In this document: in pieces, positions 9,771 through 19,134 of the stretch | How the letters are laid out: each line of letters opens with the position of its first letter | Numbering within the stretch: the first letter of the stretch is position 1 | NCBI GenBank assembly: GCA_040753835.1 | Contig: JBFMDM010000003.1 | Span: 1 to 52,597, forward strand | Direction: 5' to 3' | DNA: 52,597 nt | DNA from: Planctomycetota bacterium | GTDB lineage: Bacteria > Planctomycetota > MHYJ01 > JACQXL01 | Notes under the pieces: generated by a model | What the model saw: the letters and a program-made list of their open reading frames with translations, nothing else | Databases searched by the model: none | What the model was told of the DNA's origin: nothing | Translations under genes and position numbers: made by a program

Positions 9771-9813
9771 GGGAGGTGTGGGCAAGAGAGGGGGGTAGTC
9801 CCCCACACCTCCC
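9771..9813. other. 13-bp GC-rich stem-loop between the array and the parB stop
   Basis: GGGAGGTGTGGGG...CCCCACACCTCCC; no U-tract, so a terminator role is uncertain. Confidence 0.5.
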
Positions 9814-9854
9814 TGTATATACGCCCTCAGTTGATTTTTCGCCCTTCTTGGCAG

Positions 9855-10742
9855 TTAGGGTTGATGTTGGACGTCCAACATTTTGAGGACATTCTGGTAT
9901 TGCTCGTCGCTGTAAAAACTTATGTAAATCCCGCCTGACCTGAGTTTATCCTGTAACTTAAAGAGATTGACCCGCACCTCGGCGCCAAACTTTTGCCTGA
10001 GCCGCTGTTCCAATTCCCGGATATTTTTATCGTTGGTGGCATTACAATCCTTAAATTGCTGGACGAACCTGCCGACTCCGGTGCTGATGCCTCTCGGATG
10101 CATATAGGCGTCAACTAATACCCGCAGGACCCGGACCGAAAGGTCTTCGTTTCTTGCCCTTTTCCAGAGCATCAGTCGCCGGGTGGAATCCGGCACGGCC
10201 AAAATAGCCATCGCATGGCTGACCGAGAATTTCTGTTTCTTGATGTCTTCCTGGATTTCCTGGGGAAGCCCAAGAAGACGGATGAAATTGCTGATAGTGG
10301 CCCGGTCTGTTCCAACCCTTTTAGCAACCTCTTCCTGGCTCAAGCGGCACATCTTGACTAATTGCCGGTATGCTTCGGCCCGTTCTATGGGATTGAGGTC
10401 CTTGCGGTGGGTGTTTTCCACCAGGGCGCATTCCATCATCCGCTGGTCGTTTGCCTCGGTGATAATAGCCGGAATGGTCGGCAGTTTGAGCGCCTCACAG
10501 GACCTGAACCTGCGCTCACCCATCATAATTTCATAAATATCCGGCCGTTTAGGGTCACGTCTTACAACGATGGGCTGTAACACCCCGTGCGTACTGATGG
10601 AGTCAATCAATTCCTGGAGTGACTCTTTCTCTATGGTCTTACGGGGCTGGAAGCGGTTGGGCACAATTTTCTCCAGCGGTATCTGCACGACCTCGCCGCT
10701 CACCTTGTCGTGGCTCGGATTATTATCAGAATCTTTCTTCAT
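9855..10742 (-). CDS. parB: ParB/Spo0J-family CTPase DNA-binding protein (no adjacent parA)
   Basis: PNRFQPRK, GVLQPIVVR, GERRFR (GxxR CTPase motif), ENTHRKDLNPIE, HTH SQEEVAKRVGTDRATISNFIRLL, LSVR. Start taken at MKKD (10742). Confidence 0.9.
   Translation of the reverse strand: MKKDSDNNPSHDKVSGEVVQIPLEKIVPNRFQPRKTIEKESLQELIDSISTHGVLQPIVVRRDPKRPDIYEIMMGERRFRSCEALKLPTIPAIITEANDQRMMECALVENTHRKDLNPIERAEAYRQLVKMCRLSQEEVAKRVGTDRATISNFIRLLGLPQEIQEDIKKQKFSVSHAMAILAVPDSTRRLMLWKRARNEDLSVRVLRVLVDAYMHPRGISTGVGRFVQQFKDCNATNDKNIRELEQRLRQKFGAEVRVNLFKLQDKLRSGGIYISFYSDEQYQNVLKMLDVQHQP
9864..9881. promoter_or_regulatory. parS-like 18-bp perfect palindrome, copy 2, inside the last codons of parB
   Basis: Identical ATGTTGGACGTCCAACAT; both copies continue with TTTGA (23 bp identity). 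Confidence 0.65.
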
Positions 10743-10814
10743 AAAATACCTTTTAACTACAGATTTCGCTATTGCGGTCTCTGCGGAGTTCACAGATGGA
10801 CACAGATTAACTTG

Positions 10815-11522
10815 TTAAAATCTTGTAGAGCACAGATATAGACGACCGGCATCTATATCATAAACCACGGTAAAACCAGAATCATCAAACGCTTCGGTGT
10901 CGTAATCATCAAAATAATAACCGTTTTTTATGGTAATTTCATACTTCGTCCCGGAATAATTATTCTGCCAATATTGGGCATATAATTTAGTTGAATACAC
11001 TTTTACACTAAAAGGCGGCCAGGTGTAACGAGGACCGTTATCCACAGATGAAATCCCCAGTCCGCGAAATTTAGGGAACGGGAGTTTTTCATCAGCCCAT
11101 ACGGTTTTGTTATTTTCTTTTGTTATAAATCTAACCGGTTTCCAGCCACGCTTTTCCATCCATGATAGAAAAACTTGTTCTGTTACCTGACAATCATATA
11201 AAAGGTTCAAACCTCCGGCTGAAGTAAAATAATTAACATCAATGGCCTCCAGAGGCATGTCGGGATAGCATTTTTTATTTGCCTCCTGCACCGTCACGTT
11301 AAATGCATAAGAAGTGGTCATCTGGCCTAACCAAGATGTAAGGCCGAACAGAATAAATGGAAAAGAACATATACTTATAATACAAGCCGTAATAATAATA
11401 GGAATTCTAATCCAATTAGACAGTTTCTTTATTTTAACGAACATAATTACAGCGGGAATGGCAACCAATAGAAGGCAAACGGCGCAGGTTAGTAGCAAAG
11501 CAATTATTATTATTCCGCTCAT
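10815..11522 (-). CDS. hypothetical membrane-anchored protein
   Basis: 235-aa ORF, two N-terminal TM helices, AT-rich. Confidence 0.65.
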   Translation of the reverse strand: MSGIIIIALLLTCAVCLLLVAIPAVIMFVKIKKLSNWIRIPIIITACIISICSFPFILFGLTSWLGQMTTSYAFNVTVQEANKKCYPDMPLEAIDVNYFTSAGGLNLLYDCQVTEQVFLSWMEKRGWKPVRFITKENNKTVWADEKLPFPKFRGLGISSVDNGPRYTWPPFSVKVYSTKLYAQYWQNNYSGTKYEITIKNGYYFDDYDTEAFDDSGFTVVYDIDAGRLYLCSTRF

Positions 11523-11587
11523 TTCTGTACCCTTCTTATAAGGTAATCTTCATCCGTGTAATCTGTGGAATCTGTGGAATCTGTGGT

Positions 11588-14575
11588 TTACTTCTCCGTT
11601 TTCAGTTTCTCCAACATCTCACTGATAACCGCCTGGGTCTTTTCGTCCGCCAATGGCAGGGCCTTTTCCAGCAACTCCACTGCCTCTCTGCGCCTGCCCT
11701 TGCCCGCATAGTAGCGCCCCAGGTTATAATACGCCCGGTAGTCCTGCGGATAGTGCTTTATTACCGTGACATTGGCTCGCTCAAACATTATCTCCTGGTT
11801 CTGCTCCCTTAAGTCCGGCATCACCCGGGCCTGTATCTTCACCGCCTCATAATAATTCCTGGCCGCATTGTCCTTGTCTGCGCCTGTGCCGTTGGGTTTG
11901 GTGGATTTCTCCAGATAGGCGTCGCCGATGTGCGAATGGGTCTCTGAGAAGTCAGGCGAGATGGCCAGGGACTTTTCGTATTGCTTGATGGCCTCATCAT
12001 ACCTGCCCATCTCGTGATAGACCTCGCCTAATTCGTTCCTGAGCGCCGGATGCTGGGACGAGAGGTTACAGGCGTTCTCGTAATACTTTATGGCCAGAGT
12101 GAAATTGGCCGTCCGTTTGTCAGGGTCTTTTGCTTCACGGCCCTGGACCCGGTAGAACCGGCCCATATTGGCCTGACGGGTCGGGTTCATTGAGTCGTAT
12201 TCTATGGACTTGACCAGGTAATCCAGGCATTTGTCATACCAGCCCCTTTTCTTCTGCGGGTCTTTCTCCGCATAGTATTTTTCCAGGCACATCCGGGCCG
12301 AGGCGCCGTAGTAATTTCCCTTGTCCGGCGAGAGCGCGGTGGCCTGCTCGTAATATCTCAACGCTATCTCCCACTGCTTTTCCTTTTCCTGGCCTGTGCC
12401 TATTTTGTATATGATGTCGCCCTTGATGGGATTCAGGTCGGTCAGGATGATGAGGAATACAACAGCGACCGTTATCAGGATTGAAGAAAAGACCTGAAAA
12501 GGCGTTGCAGGATTAGGGATTTCGCCGCCCAACTTCGTTGGGCGAGCCTCGCCCCTTTGGGGCGGGGATTCTCGAGTCAAAGCCCAGGCCAGGACGAGAA
12601 CGTTGATAAAGAGCCAGACAAAGAAAATCGTGATGGGTATGGTCGGAATATATAATGGCGGCAGGAACGAGGTCAGGATAATAAAGAATATTCCCGTAAT
12701 ACCGGCTGAAAGCGCCGATGCCAGTATGAACTTTTTAGCCAGCAAATAGAACAGAACTGCCGAAGATAGCCAGGCAAGCGCCACCATCATCATTGCGCGC
12801 ATCACCTTTTCCATATTGTCCGCAGAAACCTGGGTGTAGATGAAGTCAAAGGCCATCGTGCTGAGGATGAGAATAACTATTAGCGCCCAGCACATAGTAG
12901 AAAATGGTTGAGATGGCTGTTTAGAAACTGCATTTTCTTTATTTACCGCAAAGAAACCCTTTACTTGCGGAGCTATGTGCTGGGTAAATATCGCTATGAA
13001 TATAGACAGATAGATATAGAAATAGGTGCGCGAGGCAGTCAGGTCAATTCCAAACTGCACCTCCACAAAATGGCCGATAAAGGCGGAGAGGAGGGCGATG
13101 AGGAGGAGCGTGGAAGAATCGTGAAGCGTAGAGCGTGGAGCGTCGTCCCGTTCCGGCAGGATAACGCATAACGCAGGACACACAGCGCACAGCAACAGAT
13201 ACAACCCCGCGCCTGTCACCATTCCTATCGGCACGCCGACCGCGATGAAGATGGTCTTGCCCAGGGCTATGGGAATAAGCAGTCCGGCCAGGCCAAAGAG
13301 CAATAACAATCCGATAAGAACGGCCTTGCTCCGGACCAGCCCCAGGGCATTGAATCCGTAGAAGACAATCGCGCCGAACAGCGCCAGATACAGCAGAGCG
13401 CCGATTAGCCCGTTGGTGATAACCGTGTCAAAGAACTCGTTGTGCGAGCGGTCCGGAAAGGTAATCTTGTTCTCGCTGGTAATCAGTTCAGCCGGGCAGT
13501 ATTTGTGATAAGGCACGAACATCGCCTCAGGACCGTAGCCGACCACTGCCCGGTAGGAATCGGATTGGACCATCTTGACCACGCCTTCCCAAATCAGAAG
13601 CCGGACCTGAGCCGCGCCTTCACGCGCTTCCAGCATCTGACCCAGACGCCCCATACTCGTCTTCAGGCCCTGGAACGGCGTATTAGGCAAGGCCAACAGC
13701 AGGAAGAATCCCAGCACCAGCGCCGCCGCTATGTAACTGCCTAACGACAGGTAGCGCCTGCCAAAGACCAGTCCGGACAGGACCACGAAGAAGAACATCG
13801 CGGTAATAAGCCCGAGAAGCGGGCCGCGGCTCTCGGTCAGGACCAGGCACAGAACCTGGGCCAGTAATATAATAATATAAAAAATGGCTTTGGGAGCAGC
13901 AAGACCGGATTCTTTTACCGAACGGATTATCAGGTAAATTGTGAGCGGGATGACCATTATCAGATACGAGCCCAGGAAAATCGGATTGCCCATAGTGGAT
14001 GCAATACGGTCTGAAAAGTCCCAGTTAAACACTTCTAACTTGAGTTTCTGGGCAAAGCCATAGAGTATCACCGGAATGGAGGTAAGAATAATGGTTACCA
14101 GAATTCGCTCTACCCGCCCGTACGACCGCACGGTCGGGCGGGTCTGATTCCGCTCTCTTAAAGTCAGCGCGGTTATGGCGAAGATGACGAAGTAGCCCAT
14201 CAGCGAATAGGCGCCCTGGCCCCGGGCATAATTGCCCCACCAACTGCTGGGCGGCAGGACTGATAGAAACGTGGAGACGAGGTAACTCAGGCCCAACAGC
14301 AACGTGATGGCAAACAGGGGTTGCTTGAGCAGTGATTTTACTCCCCGCCCCGCATTGGCGGGGCGAGGCTCGCCCCCTTCGGGGGCGGCTGATAGCGAGA
14401 CCCTCTTTACCAAGAAAGCGGCCAGCATCACCAGGGCAATGGAGCGCACGACCGTGCTCTTGTCCGGCTCAAAGGAAACCGAGGAGTGGAAGTTCATAAA
14501 CAGCGGCGCAATCACCAGCGCGGCCAGCCAGCACGCCTCTATAACCTTGTCGCAGAATATGGTTATCTTATTCAT
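11588..14575 (-). CDS. O-antigen ligase-like polytopic membrane protein with C-terminal TPR repeats
   Basis: STMGNPIFLGSYL, TESRGPLLG, RLLIWEG...GYGPE, DRSHNEFFD (Wzy_C/WaaL-type motifs); several TPR units, e.g. LGEVYHEMGRYDEAIKQYEKSLAISP. Confidence 0.85.
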   Translation of the reverse strand: MNKITIFCDKVIEACWLAALVIAPLFMNFHSSVSFEPDKSTVVRSIALVMLAAFLVKRVSLSAAPEGGEPRPANAGRGVKSLLKQPLFAITLLLGLSYLVSTFLSVLPPSSWWGNYARGQGAYSLMGYFVIFAITALTLRERNQTRPTVRSYGRVERILVTIILTSIPVILYGFAQKLKLEVFNWDFSDRIASTMGNPIFLGSYLIMVIPLTIYLIIRSVKESGLAAPKAIFYIIILLAQVLCLVLTESRGPLLGLITAMFFFVVLSGLVFGRRYLSLGSYIAAALVLGFFLLLALPNTPFQGLKTSMGRLGQMLEAREGAAQVRLLIWEGVVKMVQSDSYRAVVGYGPEAMFVPYHKYCPAELITSENKITFPDRSHNEFFDTVITNGLIGALLYLALFGAIVFYGFNALGLVRSKAVLIGLLLLFGLAGLLIPIALGKTIFIAVGVPIGMVTGAGLYLLLCAVCPALCVILPERDDAPRSTLHDSSTLLLIALLSAFIGHFVEVQFGIDLTASRTYFYIYLSIFIAIFTQHIAPQVKGFFAVNKENAVSKQPSQPFSTMCWALIVILILSTMAFDFIYTQVSADNMEKVMRAMMMVALAWLSSAVLFYLLAKKFILASALSAGITGIFFIILTSFLPPLYIPTIPITIFFVWLFINVLVLAWALTRESPPQRGEARPTKLGGEIPNPATPFQVFSSILITVAVVFLIILTDLNPIKGDIIYKIGTGQEKEKQWEIALRYYEQATALSPDKGNYYGASARMCLEKYYAEKDPQKKRGWYDKCLDYLVKSIEYDSMNPTRQANMGRFYRVQGREAKDPDKRTANFTLAIKYYENACNLSSQHPALRNELGEVYHEMGRYDEAIKQYEKSLAISPDFSETHSHIGDAYLEKSTKPNGTGADKDNAARNYYEAVKIQARVMPDLREQNQEIMFERANVTVIKHYPQDYRAYYNLGRYYAGKGRRREAVELLEKALPLADEKTQAVISEMLEKLKTEK

Positions 14576-14702
14576 AAATAGCCAGTAATCAGTAGTCGGT
14601 AGTCAGTAGTCGGTTCCACGGTGGTTTACTGCCTACTTCTTTATATATAAATCTAATCAAACAATTTGACAACTAATAAAGTGTTTGTTATCAATAAGCC
14701 CG

Positions 14703-14930
14703 ATGTTACAGGTAACACTGCAAAACCGGAAGGAGATAATCTTTGAGGGAATGGCAGAATCGGTATTCCTGCCGGGCGAATACGGCGAGTTTGAGGTCCT
14801 GCCGTTCCATGCGCCCATCATCAGCACCCTCAAAAAGGGAAAGTTAAGAATTGACGACCTTTTCCTTGAGATAAACGGCGGAATTGCTAAAATGGACGAG
14901 GCCAACAAGTTATTATTGTTGGTGGAGTGA
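14703..14930 (+). CDS. atpC: F1 ATPase epsilon subunit, N-terminal beta-sandwich only (orphan)
   Basis: IFEGMAESVFLPGEYGEFEVLPFHAPIISTLKKG...INGG; 75 aa with no C-terminal helices. Confidence 0.8.
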   Translation: MLQVTLQNRKEIIFEGMAESVFLPGEYGEFEVLPFHAPIISTLKKGKLRIDDLFLEINGGIAKMDEANKLLLLVE

Positions 14931-15013
14931 TATATAAATGTAATCCCTCGATTTCGCTCGGGATAACTCGCTGTAACTCACTTTGTTCTAACAGCGAGTA
15001 AGAAAGGATTAAA

Positions 15014-15313
15014 ATGTCAGTAAGAATCAGAATGGTACGCCAGGGCCGCAAGAATGAACCCCATTTCCGTATCGTGGTAACCGACAAACGCAAGAAGATT
15101 GACGGCGCCTATATAGAAAATCTGGGTAATTACGAGCCCAAGGCCGGACCGGACAAGAAAATCACCATCAAGGACGAACGTTTAAACTACTGGGTCAAGC
15201 AGGGCGCGCAGGTGAGTGATGCCTTGTCGGCCATCCTGAAGAACCTCGGCAAAATGCCCAAGTCAGAAAAGCCCAAGAAGGCGGCAAAGCCAAAGGCCAA
15301 GGCGACTAAATAA
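15014..15313 (+). CDS. rpsP: 30S ribosomal protein S16
   Basis: MSVRIRMVRQGRKNEPHFRIVVTD...DGAYIENLGNYEP...YWVKQGAQVSD. Confidence 0.97.
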   Translation: MSVRIRMVRQGRKNEPHFRIVVTDKRKKIDGAYIENLGNYEPKAGPDKKITIKDERLNYWVKQGAQVSDALSAILKNLGKMPKSEKPKKAAKPKAKATK

Positions 15314-15366
15314 ACGAGTTAATAGGTAAACCCGCCTGCGCCGATGCTTCAGCGGGCAGGTAAACT

Positions 15367-15460
15367 GATAAGTTTATACTGGGCTGGTGATTTATCAGGG
15401 AATATACAACCCAGTATAGTCGGCTGTATAATATTATTGTTAAATCAACAGCCGACTATA
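15367..15460. repeat. 94-bp twin-hairpin dispersed repeat, copy 1
   Basis: TATACTGGG..CCCAGTATA plus TATAGTCGGCTG..CAGCCGACTATA; near-identical reverse complement of 19135-19228. Confidence 0.85.
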
Positions 15461-15493
15461 AGGGAATTTACCTTATCAACTACCCTGTCGGAA

Positions 15494-16483
15494 CTACCAC
15501 TTCACCACCGTGACGCCCCATGTCAATCCGCCGCCAAAGGCAACCAGGACCACATAATCGCCTTTTTTCAGCCGGCCCGACTGCCGGGCCTCGTCCAGGG
15601 CAATGGCCGCCGAGGCGGCCGAGGTGTTGCCGTATTTGTGGATGTTGACGAAGATTTTGTCCATTGAGATGTTAAGCCGCTCGGCTGCGGCTTCAAGGAT
15701 GCGCTGGTTGACCTGGTGCGGGACAATCAGGGCGACGTCTTCCACCTTGATATGGCATTGCTTGGCCGCATCAGCCACCAGGTCGGCCATCTTCATTACC
15801 GCGAATTTATAAACCTCGCGGCCGCGCAGTTTAATAACGTGCAGTTTTTTGTCAACGGTTTCATGCGAGGCGGGCATCCGGCTTCCGCCCGCGTATTGTA
15901 TCATCATCTCCGCGCCGGTTCCGTCCGCGCCCAGGTAACTGTAAAGCACTTCGTGGCCGTGGTGATTGGGCTGTAAGATAACCGCTCCGGCCCCGTCCCC
16001 GAACAGAACGCAGGAAGCCCGGTCCGTGTAATCCGTAATTTTGGTAAGACACTCGGCCCCGATGACCAGGGCATTCTTATAATTGCCGGTTGAAACCAGC
16101 CGGTAACCGACTCCTAAACTGTAAAGAAATCCGCTGCAGGCCGCGGAGATGTCAAAGGCCGCGGCATTGGAAGCGCCGATGTTGCGCTGGACGTGGCAAG
16201 CGGTTGAGGGAAAGAGATTATCCGGCGTTACGGTGCCGAGCACTATCAAATCCAGTTGGTCCGCCTTGATTTTGGCCGATTCCAAGGCCTGCTCGGCCGC
16301 CTTGCTCGCCAAATCAGATGTGGCCACGCCGTTCTCCGTCACCCGGCGCTCCTTGATGCCGGTTCTGGTCGTAATCCATTCGTCCGAGGTGTCCACTATT
16401 TTCTCAAAATACGCGTTGTCCAGCACCTTGTCCGGCACGCAGGAACCGCTTCCAATAATTGATACCCTCTTGAGTTCTGGCAT
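15494..16483 (-). CDS. fabH: 3-oxoacyl-ACP synthase III
   Basis: DTSDEWITTRTGI, AACSGF, LFGDGAGA, PHQVN, GNTSAAS and FGGGLTWG motifs. Confidence 0.97.
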   Translation of the reverse strand: MPELKRVSIIGSGSCVPDKVLDNAYFEKIVDTSDEWITTRTGIKERRVTENGVATSDLASKAAEQALESAKIKADQLDLIVLGTVTPDNLFPSTACHVQRNIGASNAAAFDISAACSGFLYSLGVGYRLVSTGNYKNALVIGAECLTKITDYTDRASCVLFGDGAGAVILQPNHHGHEVLYSYLGADGTGAEMMIQYAGGSRMPASHETVDKKLHVIKLRGREVYKFAVMKMADLVADAAKQCHIKVEDVALIVPHQVNQRILEAAAERLNISMDKIFVNIHKYGNTSAASAAIALDEARQSGRLKKGDYVVLVAFGGGLTWGVTVVKW

Positions 16484-16662
16484 TATTTATTCTCCTATAG
16501 GTTGCTTCTTAATGTGCATTGACCGGTTATTTTATAACATAACATATCATTGTCAATATTATTTTTACTTTATTTTGTTATCACGAATCCAGCGAATATT
16601 ACCGAATCACACGAATTTAATAAAGGAATTTCTTGCTTACCCGTGATTATTAACTATTAATT

Positions 16663-18768
16663 ATGGCTATGAGCGACTTTCTCCTGGAACTGGGCACCGA
16701 GGAAATCCCGGCCGGGTATATCCAGCCGGCCATAGCGCAGGGCGTGGCCTTCCTCAAGGAATTTCTGGAGGAGCATCACCTTGCCTATCGGGAAATAAAA
16801 ACTGCCTCCACGCCACGGCGGATGGTTTTTTCCATTACCGGACTGCCGGATAAACAGGCGGATATCAATAAAGAACTGTCCGGCCCGCCCTGTTCGGTCG
16901 CCTTTGATAAGGATAACAAGCCGACCCCGGCTTATTACGGATTCCTCAAGAAGAACTCGCTCAAGGAGTCGGATGTCAAAACCAAGGATACGCCTAAAGG
17001 AAAGGTCTGCTATGCTTCGGTGCTGGTAAAAGGTGAAAAGACCGAGAAAATCCTGGCCGAGGCAGTACCAGGACTGGTCAAGTCATTACCCTTTCCCAAA
17101 TCAATGTGGTGGCTTACCCGAACGACCGATAGGTCGGGCGGGGAGGAACGTCCCCTCACCTTTGCCAGGCCTTTGAGATATATCCTGTCCATACTTGGCG
17201 CCAAGGCGCTGAAGGTTGCAATACCAGGAGTTGCCTCAGGCAACAAGACCTTCGGCCACCCGTTCCTGTCAGCCAAGGCAGTGGTTATCAAGTCGGCTGA
17301 TTTCAACCGATACCAATCCGCACTGAAGCAGGCAAAGATTATTGTTGACCCGGCCGAGCGCCGGACTTTCATAGAAAAGGAAATCCAGAAGGCGCTGGCT
17401 AAATACAACGCGGTCTGCGACGAGCCGGAACTCTTGGACGAGGTGACCAATCTCGTGGAGTATCCGGTGGCCATAGAGTGTGAGTTTGACGAATCCTACC
17501 TAAAACTGCCGGCGGCGGTGATTGAGTCGGCTATGAAGTCGCACCAGCGCTACTTCCCGCTTAAGGACAAGGAAGGCAAATTGCTCAACCGCTTTATCAC
17601 CGTCTCAAATATCACGGCCAATAAGGAAATCAAGGAAGGCAACGAGCGGGTCCTAAAAGCCCGGCTCTCGGACGCCCTCTTCTTCTGGGAACAGGATAGA
17701 AAAATACCGCTGGAGGAATATGCCAACAACTTAAATTCCCTTACTTTCTTAGGCAAGTGGCCTATGGACGATAAGGTAAAACGAGTTAGAGATTTATCTT
17801 TATTTATTGCTAATGGTTGGTGCGATGACAAGAAGAAAGGAACCATCAAGCGGGCCGCAGAATTGTGCAAGGCGGATTTACTGACCGGCATGGTCGGCGA
17901 ATTCCCTGACCTGCAGGGCATTATGGGCTATGAATACCTAAAGGATAAAGAACATGAGGTTGCGTTAGCGATAAAAGAACATTATCAACCCAGGTTTACC
18001 GGAGATTCATTGCCTGAAAGTTCAGCAGGAACATGTCTTTCACTGGCAGAAAAGTTCGACAATATATCAAGTTGTTTTCTATTGACTTTATTACCCACTG
18101 GTTCTTCGGACCCATATGGTTTAAGGCGTCAGGCGCGGGCTATTGTTGATATTATTTGTGCCAGAGGGCTTAATATAATACATCTGCGCAATACCATTAA
18201 AGAATCATTTCGTTTATTAGTATCGCCGTCATCCTCGGTGGAAAGGATGCCAGATGAAGTTGCATGGTTCATTATTGAACGATTTAAAGTCGCCTTGCTT
18301 GAAGAGGGGTATCCGCCCGATATCGTAAATGCCGTATTGGCAAGCGGAACTGACCATTTATATCACAGAAAGAAACTTAATGACTTATTAACAATTTATA
18401 CAAAAGAACCTCAGCTCTGGAACGAACTGGTGGAGGTGGTGGAGCGGACCTATAACATCACCAAAAGCGCCCAGGTGGAAGGCAGGGTTAATGAAGCACT
18501 GCTCAAGAAAAAAGAGGAGATAGAACTCTGGAACGTCTACAAGGACAACAAAGATGCCATACAAAGATTGATAGGCGAGGAGAAGTATGAAGAGGCCTCG
18601 CGGCTGTATCATCAGGCATTTGCCAAGCCGGCTCATATCTTCTTTGAGAAGGTCTTTGTCAATGTGAAGGAAGAAGACATCAAGACCAACCGGCTCTTAT
18701 TAAACCGACACATCAACCGGTTATATTCCGAGGGCATTGCCGACCTGTCCAAAATCCCGAGGAAATAA
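16663..18768 (+). CDS. glyS: glycine--tRNA ligase beta subunit
   Basis: FLLELGTEEIP, TPRR, FPKSMWW, HQRYFP, GNERVLKARLSDALFF, EFPDLQGIMG and PTGSSDPYGLRR motifs. Confidence 0.95.
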   Translation: MAMSDFLLELGTEEIPAGYIQPAIAQGVAFLKEFLEEHHLAYREIKTASTPRRMVFSITGLPDKQADINKELSGPPCSVAFDKDNKPTPAYYGFLKKNSLKESDVKTKDTPKGKVCYASVLVKGEKTEKILAEAVPGLVKSLPFPKSMWWLTRTTDRSGGEERPLTFARPLRYILSILGAKALKVAIPGVASGNKTFGHPFLSAKAVVIKSADFNRYQSALKQAKIIVDPAERRTFIEKEIQKALAKYNAVCDEPELLDEVTNLVEYPVAIECEFDESYLKLPAAVIESAMKSHQRYFPLKDKEGKLLNRFITVSNITANKEIKEGNERVLKARLSDALFFWEQDRKIPLEEYANNLNSLTFLGKWPMDDKVKRVRDLSLFIANGWCDDKKKGTIKRAAELCKADLLTGMVGEFPDLQGIMGYEYLKDKEHEVALAIKEHYQPRFTGDSLPESSAGTCLSLAEKFDNISSCFLLTLLPTGSSDPYGLRRQARAIVDIICARGLNIIHLRNTIKESFRLLVSPSSSVERMPDEVAWFIIERFKVALLEEGYPPDIVNAVLASGTDHLYHRKKLNDLLTIYTKEPQLWNELVEVVERTYNITKSAQVEGRVNEALLKKKEEIELWNVYKDNKDAIQRLIGEEKYEEASRLYHQAFAKPAHIFFEKVFVNVKEEDIKTNRLLLNRHINRLYSEGIADLSKIPRK

Positions 18769-18772
18769 CCGC

Positions 18773-19096
18773 TTACGATTTTATCATTATCAAGAGCATC
18801 TTGAACCTCTTGACCGCCTTTAAGGCATGCGGCTCGCCGGCCGGCATAATTATTGTTTCTCCGGCCGTGAGGTGGAATGGCTTGCCTGAAATATAGATAT
18901 CCGCCTCGCCGTCCGCAACATAGACCATAGCGTCAAAAGGCGCCACGTGCTCGCTCAGGCCCTGACCATGGTCAAAAGCAAAGAGCGTCACCGTGCCGGT
19001 TTTCTTGTTAATCACGGTCTTGCTCACGATAGAGCCGTTCTGATATTCCACCAGGTTTTTTAGGTCCATTATTTCAGGACCCGTGTTCTCAGCCAT
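18773..19096 (-). CDS. cupin domain protein
   Basis: GSIVSKT...TLFAFDHGQGLSEH...MPAGEPHAL. Confidence 0.88.
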   Translation of the reverse strand: MAENTGPEIMDLKNLVEYQNGSIVSKTVINKKTGTVTLFAFDHGQGLSEHVAPFDAMVYVADGEADIYISGKPFHLTAGETIIMPAGEPHALKAVKRFKMLLIMIKS

Positions 19097-19134
19097 ACCC
19101 CTCCTTTCACAGTGAAAGCATTCACCGTTTACAA

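Noticed and set aside
9330-9808. Three overlapping repeat-protein ORFs on the minus strand
   Set aside because: The same peptides cycle through all three frames, which is an artefact of a stop-free 22-bp unit.
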